Positions 56,538 to 64,000 of a stretch of 64,000 nucleotides of DNA are shown here, one piece after another (positions within the stretch are counted from its first letter, which is position 1; every line of letters starts with the position of its first letter). The DNA lies in assembly GCA_964016885.1 (NCBI GenBank), contig OZ024747.1, positions 92,070,001 through 92,134,000 on the forward strand, written 5' to 3'. The translations under genes were made by a program, and so were the position numbers. Origin of the DNA: Eledone cirrhosa. Lineage: Eukaryota. Below the pieces are notes generated by a model. It had not been told where the DNA came from. It saw only the letters and a list, made by a program, of their open reading frames with translations, and made no database searches.

Positions 56538-57209
56538 TACTCGAGTACCAATCCTGACATCTATCCACAAATACCTATCACACACATATCTTTATATTAT
56601 ATATCAGTGACAAAACTGTCATCATGATTATTTTTGTTGCAACCATTATGATCTTTTTCTATTTACCTTGATCTTAATAGCATATTTCTCATTTTCTACT
56701 TCTTACGTATTCTGTTTATGTTCTCTGTATTTATGTAGATGCTTCCGCCGCCATATTTATGAAATATTATATACATATAAATTTACACACTTGCACGGGA
56801 AATGTGTAGTAATGCAAACAAAAACACAATACTTTACCAAAGATACACATAAACACGAATGCTGCATCCATTTTCATTCCACTTCCATATTGTATTTATT
56901 ACGATTACTACCTGTATAGTTTTTTCTTCGTTATATTTTCACATACTTTTCTGGTTTATTGATTTATTTATTCCTCACTATATTTATATTTTTCATTGCA
57001 AGAAAATCCGTTGGAATATGTTTATTGGATTCGATTACACTTTTCTATAATACAGTAGATTACTAACATCTATATTTCCATGTGTATATATATCTATATC
57101 CATAAATACATGCAATATCTATGTATGTATGTATATATGTATATATTTATATATGTATTTATGCATGTATGTATTTATATAAGTATGAATGTATGTATAA
57201 ATGTATGTA

Positions 57210-57276
<67 letters not shown>

Positions 57277-57320
57277 ATGCATGCATGTATGTGTGTATGC
57301 ATGCATGTATGTGTGTATGC

Positions 57321-57369
<49 letters not shown>

Positions 57370-58103
57370 TATATATATGTTTGCATGTATATATATATGC
57401 ATGCATGCATGCATGTACATATATATGTCTATATACATGTTTGCATGTATATATGTATGCATGCTTGCATGTATATATGTATGCATGCTTGCATGTATAT
57501 ATGCATCACAGAGGCTTGTATACATGCATTCATACAGTGAGTGTGCTAAATCATTATATGCTTAGCAAAAGAACAGTGATTTATCTTAGCCTATACAATA
57601 AACTATTTGATTCCTTGTGGTTACGGATGTTTTCATGCGATTCTTTGATTTATTGTTCTCGATGTTTGCTAATCCTTTCGTGAAGCACTTGCAATATCAT
57701 AGCAAGAATCCAGTGAAAACTCAGCTGAGATGAAGATAGGATATTGCTATCAAGGGATTGTTAAAATATCAATGGGTAAGTAGATCTTCAGATCAGTGCT
57801 GTTCAATTAATTTGACTGATGTTTGGCACAAATTCCAGGGAAATATATAATTCTTACAAATAGAACAACTACACTATGTTATCTGAAACTGTTTAGATTT
57901 TATTGTACTAAGTATATTATCACAAGGAAATTCACTGCCTGAATGTAAACACTAGTTATTGACTCTCTATAAATTATTTACATACTGTATATAGGCTAAT
58001 ATTTTTAAGGATGAGTTTCAGCAAGGATATTATCTTTATGCATGAAGTGAACAGTTTTGAATATCTGTACCACAGAATATTCTGCAGAATAGGCGCATAC
58101 ATG

Positions 58104-58193
<90 letters not shown>

Positions 58194-58619
58194 TTCAACC
58201 ATTTTGTATTTATCGTTTCTGTGTTATTTATAAAGCCACTGATTTCGGTCGTTTTTCATACTTTTTAATTGTTTTACTCTGGACGATAATGTTTAGCTTC
58301 TCCATCCATTGAGTGCTTTGTGATTGCCTCAAACAACTCGATTGGTACTAATTCGGAGCAGAATATCTTGTGTTCTTCTTATACTATCTTTTTCTAATGT
58401 CAAAATGGTGGGTTTTTCAAATCTGGGAGTTGTGAATGGATCACGTGTTATGGCCTCTAAACTATGTCCTGATCTAAGATATTGTTTTATCACTTTCTGA
58501 AGTGGAATGAAATGTGGTAGCTGGTTTTTCTTTGTTGGCCACTAAATTTTGAGTCCTAATTTGTTGCTGATTTGGTGTTTGGGTGTTTGGGATTTGCTAT
58601 TAGAATCGATTTGGAGATT

Positions 58620-59230
58620 TGGAGATTGCTAGTATACCTATCCCTGGCTTTGATGATAACTGTAATATCTTTATTTGTGATTTTTCAGATGTTTATATGA
58701 TAGATGTGTCAAGGCATTATTTGATACGAATGTGAAGTGGTCAGATTGTGCTGCCGATGTATAAGTCGCCGCATTTAGTGTATTGGATACGGTATATTGC
58801 ATATGTTCCTAGGCACATTTCCGTGTTGCTGATAGGGCTGTTCGTCAGCTCGCATCGGTATTGCCGTTTTCAAGCCATTTTCATTTAAGCATTCCTGCAG
58901 CGAGGGAGTAGGTTTCTTGTACATCATACTCATACATTCTGATGGATGTTTTGGTAGCCATGGTTATCTTATTGAAGTAATGCAAATTCAAGAAACAGGC
59001 ATTGTAAGACACGTTATGTTTTCTAGACTTAGTTACCTGAAAACGGCTGACAGTGGATGCTGGATATCTGTTGGCTTCTAGGATATTTAAGAAATGTGTA
59101 ATTTGAATGGCCTCGTCCAGCGCTTTGCTGCATTTATTCCGAATACATGTGAGTTCATTCAGTACGTATACTGCCTTCATTTATCGCTACTACTACTACT
59201 TACAGGACTACATTTTTGTGCATATGATCA
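58620..59230 (-). pseudogene. Penelope-like element ORF relic: post-RT region and GIY-YIG endonuclease
   Basis: HFLNILEANRYP (NGYP-like), then YAIYRIQYTKCGDLYIGSTI*PLHIRIK read at 58803-58720. Confidence 0.8.
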
Positions 59231-59563
59231 TTGTGCTATTAAATTTGTTTTATTTTCTAATTATATACTGAGTGAAAGTGAATGGCCAACCGCGTAGGAT
59301 GCAGTCGAAATGTGAAGATTCATAGTGTATCAGTGTATTGGGGGAGTTGTTAGAACAAAGAAGTATAACAAACAGATACTGAATTCCTTGAATTTCAATT
59401 AGATATTCTTGTAATTCAGCAGGTTGACAAGTGATTCATTTTCCTTCACACGACTAGAATTCTATCAAGAGATATTTGCTTAATATCGTGCGAGATATAA
59501 ACACTAGCTCACATGGACAGCCGAAATTCGTTTATAGACAGACGACTAATTCCTGAAATCATG

Positions 59564-59617
59564 TAAAATAATTGATTTTCAGATAATCATTATCTGGTAA
59601 TCTTCATCAGAATTTTA
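59564..59617 (-). ncRNA. Candidate degenerate hammerhead upstream of the Penelope-like relic
   Basis: TAAAATT-CTGATGA-AGATTACCAGATAATGATTATCT-GAAA-ATCAATTATTTTA; stem I/III register is imperfect. Confidence 0.45.
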
Positions 59618-59965
59618 TAAGATTGTTGCAGTACTGGACGAGTTCAATAAATAGGAAATATAGCACATTTAGCATGCAAGGGTACATGTATCAATAGATT
59701 TGATATGTATTAATAATGTAGTTTTGAATAATGATAAGACCATATTTGCTACTTATTTAACGCATATATTTCATGGTTAATAATGGTTTCTGATTTAGGT
59801 ACAAGGCCAACAGTTTAAGGAGAGAGGAACGTCGATTAAATTTACCCCAGTGCATTACTGGTGCTTTTTTTATCGACCCCGCAATGATGAAAGGCAAAGC
59901 TAACCTCTGCGGGAACCTCTAAACTCAGAACGGTATTCTATTTTATTTATTAGAGAGAGGGATAG

Positions 59966-60011
<46 letters not shown>

Positions 60012-60023
60012 GTGTGTGTGTGT

Positions 60024-60080
<57 letters not shown>

Positions 60081-60093
60081 TATGTGTGTGTGT

Positions 60094-60133
<40 letters not shown>

Positions 60134-60174
60134 AAGAAAGATGCTGATGTTACATAAATAGTATATATATATAT

Positions 60175-61180
60175 ATCATCATCATCATCATCATCGTTTA
60201 ACGTCCATATTCCACGCTTGCATGGGTTTGGACGGGAGTTTTCCCACTTGAGGCAAGAGTGGTTGTCTTGCTCGCATAGGACTGTCTGGCGGGTTTTCTA
60301 CGGCTGGATGCCCTTCCTAACACCAACCACATTTACAGTGTGGAACTGGGAGGGTTTTACCGTGTTACCTACACAACCACATTACAGCGTGGACTGTGTT
60401 TTTTGTCGTGACACCTACACGACCTCATTTGTTTCGGGCTGGATGTTGTGGCACCAACATAACTTTATACTGAAAGGGGCGGTGTGGATAGGGTGGGGGT
60501 AGTGGGACGGGGGTGTATTTTGTTAGAGGTGCCTACTGACTGTAGTAGGTTTCACTTTGTACTTAGGTAAGGCGGGTCTTCTGTATTACTGTGTAGCGCC
60601 AAAGATCTCGGTCCAGTGACATTGTCTTGGAGAGGTGTAAGTGTGTGAGGTCGGAATTTATCAAGTCATCCCAGGTTTTTCTGGGTCTGCCTACTCCGTG
60701 GCTACCGTCTATTTTTATTGCCCTGCACTTTTTTATACAGCTGTCGGTTTTCATGCGCATCACGTGACCTTACCAACGTAGCCTTCTCTCGAGTAAACAA
60801 CATCTGATCCCTCTTATTTCTAATTTTTCCCTTAGTTCGTTTATGCTTTGCCGTTCACGTATATTACTATTACACATCCAGCGGAGCATGCAAGCTTCGT
60901 TCCTCTCCAGTCTGCGTATATCCTCTGCACACAATGCCCAGGTCTCACTGCCATGCAACATTGCTGTTCGTATGCAGGAATCATACAGCCTGCCTTTCAT
61001 TTTTAGGGAGAACCCTTTAGCGGCTAATAGTGGTATAAGCTCTCTGAACTTTTTCCATCCAGTTCTGACTCTAGCTACTGTACTTTCAGAGCACCCTCCC
61101 CCACTGCTGATTTTGTCACCCAGGTAACGGAAGCTGTCCACTATTTCTATAGAACCATCTGTGCAATGGAATGAGCTAGT
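60175..61180 (-). mobile_element. RTE LINE, 5'-truncated, with 3' UTR and (GAT)n tail
   Basis: DSFRYLGD...KGRLYDSCIRTAMLHGSETW...ERRLRW and GRPRKTW; the 3' end reads ATCATCATCGTTTAACGTCC on the plus strand. Confidence 0.93.
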
Positions 61181-62519
61181 ATATATATATATATATGAGT
61201 GTGTGTGTCTGTATGTAATTATATATATATATATAATAAAGATATCCGTGTATAAAAAATATATTACGATTTGCTAACCAATAACCCTTCGAAAGAAATG
61301 GAACAACAATTTAGATATCTTGTACTAAAACATATAGACCATACAATCAGTTAGAACAATGAAATATTACTTTATATTAACAATACACCGACATACTATC
61401 ATGCCTAGCAGTTGCTCCTTCTAGTTCTGAAGAATTGTGAATAATTACCATAATTAAATGGATAATTAGCACGTCGAGATAGGAACTTTCGTCAGTGGGA
61501 CAATGTTAATCAATAAATCAATAATTCGATTACTTAATCAATTAAGTTATTAACCCAATGTACAAGACATCGACTGTCCACGAATAAGTGTGTGATAGGA
61601 CCCAAACACTTGTTGCTTGTCAAGAGACATTCCTCGGTCTGCTAGAGACATGGAAAGTTGAACGCAGAGAGGAATACTTAATATATACATTACCAGTCAT
61701 GAAGCACTCCACCTATGTTTTTGAACATGGGAGTGAATATATAATTATATGTATATATGTGTGTATGTATGTATATATGCATGTATGCTAAATCAGGTCG
61801 CTCTTCATCGCTACTGGCAACATATAAACCAGTACATCTTGTGCATGGTCGGTTCGTCGGTGACTAACCGGCAACCCCACCAAGCTTGCTTGGTGAGGAG
61901 GGTGATTTTGGACACCGTGCGTGATGAAAAAGAAAACCCTTCAAAAGGCAGAACTGAAGGGAGTCAACGGCCATCCAATAAAGTGTTTCTTTTGTGTGTG
62001 TGTGTGGAGCGAGAGACTCCTAATCTTCATTAAGACACCTCTCTAAGAGAAGGTCACTCGGATATAAAACCTGCGACTTTGTTTGCATCCAATGATGTAG
62101 ACCAGTTCTTCTTTTTGGGCAAAATGCATTCGATGTTCAGAGAGTGGGCTTGGCTCCGTGCAAAGCCTTTCCTCACTTACAAAATCTTCAAGCACAAGCA
62201 TCGCTTGATATGTGACATTTTTGGTGATGCATGGTATTGCTGGCTATAGGCAAGTCCTTAGCAGGACTAAAAAGCCATGTTCGTGGTGCTCATGATTAAG
62301 TATCAAGCGTTGGCATTACTCGAATGTATGTATATATATGTATGTATGTATGTATTTATGTATGTGTGTATATATGTATGTATATGCGTATGTATGAATG
62401 TTTGTATGTTCTTTTGGATTCATAATTTTATAAATTTTTACCAATACAGAGTCGATTTCTAACATAGATACAAGACTCTTTCATTGGAATTTAAACAACA
62501 TCAAGTAGTTAGATATGTA

Positions 62520-62697
<178 letters not shown>

Positions 62698-63335
62698 TAC
62701 ATTTATATTGATAAGAAATTTTAAAAAATCAAATCAAACCATACATACGTACTGTACATCTCTGACAGGCGCTTTACAAAATATTCTACATTCTATTGAT
62801 ATAGTATACGTGTTAATCTAGTAGCCCCCGAACATGAATATTATTAACGAGTGCACTAATAGTTATTCATTATTTCTTACATGTCATATATTCTTTGTAA
62901 TGCTTGTATAATAAGTGACATATAATTAATTAATATACGGAACATATACATTGTATTATGTTGTATATATAAGGTTGTGTGTGTGTGTGTATAATAGAAA
63001 AGGTTATTAAGAAACTTAGTTGTATGAAACCAGATGTCATTATGCGCTATATCACTATTCCTTTGACGTCAGTGTTATACTCTGCTACAGAAATGGGCAC
63101 CAACCTTTGACGCAACAGATGTTTATTCGCATCTAAGGAAAGCATTTAATCAAACCAAATTCCTGCATGGATATTACAAAGTTTTATTTGTTATGTTCAG
63201 ACACACATAAAGTTTTCTAAATGGAAGACACACGTAAAGGAATCATTTATAGTGCATTCTCCTTCTTCTTCTTCTTCTTCTTCTTCTTCTTCTTCTTCTT
63301 CTTCTTCTTCTTCTTCTTTTCTCATCATCATCATT

Positions 63336-63405
<70 letters not shown>

Positions 63406-63417
63406 AGAAGAAGAAGA

Positions 63418-63897
63418 AGTCCAGGTGCAAGAAGGGGGACTTATTTCTAAGCCGATTTCGTAGGCCTCCTTCTTTTCTCGGGTGGCGTCTTTGACCTCCT
63501 AATTGAACCAAGGGAGTCTCATGCCAACCTGCACCACAGCATATAACAGCTGATGCAGAAACTGCTGGCCTGAATAATCCCCACTCGGTTTCAGCGTCTT
63601 CAATTTGGTCAGGGAGTTCTCTGAACATGGAAGGCAATAGTATCTGCATACCTGGTTCTGACTTCTTTATCCACCAACGCTTCTCGCTTTATCTCGAAGG
63701 TTGACCTGACCTGCCGGGTTTGTGAGCTTTGTTGGCTTCAGTTAGTCTAGTCTCAAGCTGCAGATACCTAGATAGTGATCCGTTGGCAGCTCAGCCCCTC
63801 TCTTAACACGAACATCCAGCACAGAATCGAAGAGATCAGAGATAATAGCAAAATCAATTATTGATCTCTGTCCCTGATTCCCCTTATACCATGTATA
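63418..63897 (-). mobile_element. RTE LINE fragment: end of the AP endonuclease domain and linker
   Basis: YTWY...QRSIIDFAIISDLFDSVLDVRVKRGAELPTDHYL, then DAETEWGLFR. Confidence 0.88.
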
Positions 63898-63900
63898 TAC

Positions 63901-63985
<85 letters not shown>

Positions 63986-64000
63986 AATGCATTGGGAGGT

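Overview
This is AT-rich, microsatellite-saturated eukaryotic repeat DNA with no recognisable host gene. Most listed ORFs are artefacts of (TA)n, (CA)n and (GA)n tracts. The repeat mix suggests an animal, probably a coleoid cephalopod (Octopus-like); this is an inference. Recognisable content: (1) a 17/18-bp satellite at the left edge; (2) a decayed but near full-length Helitron (Rep-helicase, with an intron, STPR-like repeats and a CTAG 3' end); (3) two R4/Dong-type LINE fragments in (TAA)n; (4) RTE, Tx1-like, Tc1, mariner and hAT fragments; (5) two tRNA-derived SINE families; (6) a Penelope-like GIY-YIG relic. The main unexplained signal is a dense set of short elements from about ten families. 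They sit next to (TA)n tracts, carry type I hammerhead ribozyme motifs with stem covariation between copies, and often form near-perfect fold-back palindromes. Several have non-canonical cores: U.U at 10.1/11.1, a CAGAAGA core, an extra U before the core, or a roughly 110-nt stem II. They are best read as Penelope-like pseudo-LTR or retrozyme-like elements. All coordinates and foldings were read by eye and may be off by a few bases; ribozyme activity is untested.
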